From: Camelus dromedarius | Taxonomy: Eukaryota | DNA: 64,000 nt | Direction of reading: 5' to 3' | NCBI RefSeq assembly: GCF_036321535.1 | Contig: NC_087437.1 | Coordinates: forward strand, 85,004,001 to 85,068,000 | Part shown: in pieces, positions 62,920 through 64,000 of the stretch | Position numbering within the stretch: position 1 is the first letter of the stretch | Layout of the letters: each line of letters opens with the position of its first letter | Position numbers and translations under genes: made by a program | The notes under the pieces: model-generated | Told to the model about the DNA's origin: nothing | What the model saw: only the letters and a program-made list of their open reading frames with translations | The model's database searches: none

Positions 62920-63140
62920 AAAATATTGACACACCGTTGTGAAAGGCAATAGTTCCACCACTTTTTAATTGTTTGAACTTGGAAAAGTGAATGAGATGCT
63001 TTAACCTTTATTTCTTCTCTTGTTATATGAGGAAAATAATAGCATACCCAGGTGACACGAGTGAAGACTGAGTGAAATTTGGTCACATGGTCCCAGGAAA
63101 TAATGAACAATAATAAATAGTGAATATCATTATGAGCGTT
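62920..63140 (+). mobile_element. MIR fragment
   Basis: gaacttggaaaagtgaatgagatgctttaacctttatttcttctcttgttatatgaggaaaataatagcatacc MIR core. Confidence 0.55.
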
Positions 63141-63189
63141 TCTTTTACTTTATGTAAAAACATGCATGTATTACATAAATGCAAACTAT

Positions 63190-63720
63190 TTTAAACTTAC
63201 CTTTTTAAATTTCCTTTTTTTTTGTTTCTTTTTTCCCCTCCTGAATATTCTCCTGCCATCTCTCTCCAGTAGTATTTAGTAATAGGGTATGTCCACTATA
63301 TTATTTTCATTCTTATATAACTCTGTAGAGGTTTATATTATACACACCCATATATATATATATCTCATGTCTTTCAGTTTACAGTTTTACAAAAGTAGGA
63401 TTGTGTTATTTACATTATGCTACTTTATTCTTCCACTCAAAAATAACTTACAGAAATTCCTCTAGGTCATGTGAGATAGGTCTCAGACTTTATTTTAACT
63501 TTATTTGACTGTACAATGTTCCCTGGAATACATAGTCCTTCCTTGAAAGCTGAGTATTCACTGTGTTTTAAAAATATTTTTTACCTCTATTACAAAATTA
63601 TATACTAAAATGTTTAAATTTTAACAATTTGTGCTTTCATTTGTATGAGTTACCACATCAGGTTTGGGATGTCTGTGTTAAAATGCACATGGTTATTTAG
63701 TTTTAATTGATGCTCTCAGG
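63190..63720 (-). mobile_element. Ancient L1ME 3' UTR fragment
   Basis: ttttacaaaagtaggattgtgttat...tactttattcttccactcaa... antisense L1ME-like sequence. Confidence 0.5.
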
Positions 63721-64000
63721 TTGGAGACAACCCTAGAATATAAATCCACAAGGGGCTTTATTTCTGTTCCATAATATGTCCCAAGTGTCCAGTAGAGTGT
63801 CTGGAACTTTCTGTAATTGTCCAGCAGTGTATCCAAAATGCTTAGAAGAATAATTATAATTTTTTATGTTCAATACACATCTCTTGAATAATGAACAAAA
63901 AGAATATACTTCTTCATACTTCCAATAGCAATATGCTAGTCTCTCTTATGCTCCATCCACCCCACCAGCAGATTTTATCCTATTTTTGTAGATTAAAAAA

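Overview
AT-rich, CpG-depleted eutherian genomic DNA that looks intronic or intergenic. No protein-coding gene, tRNA, rRNA or CpG island could be supported. The only ORFs with recognisable protein motifs are broken LINE-1 ORF2 pieces; a degenerate ERV-L pol is readable by manual translation. The window is a mosaic of transposable elements. There are four lineage-specific 5'-truncated L1 3' ends on the minus strand (three with readable target-site duplications), a ~4.1 kb older L1MC-type element, ancient L1M/L2/MIR fragments, MaLR, ERVL and ERV1 LTRs, MER20 and MER58 DNA transposons, and microsatellites. The young L1 3' UTRs resemble camelid L1s as I recall them, and I saw no Alu, B1, BovB/Bov-tA, PRE1 or SINEC, so a camelid origin is plausible but unverified. 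The most notable observations are a layered TE stack at 34.9-45.3 kb with two convergent ERV-L 5' halves and an AP-1 site cluster, a tandem RFX X-box at 21.55 kb, a perfect 17-bp inverted repeat at 29.2 kb, an unexplained ~37-bp direct repeat 2.73 kb apart, and weak candidate exons. I found no convincing novel biological system. Repeat family names come from recall of consensus sequences and need RepeatMasker/Dfam confirmation; most boundaries are approximate.
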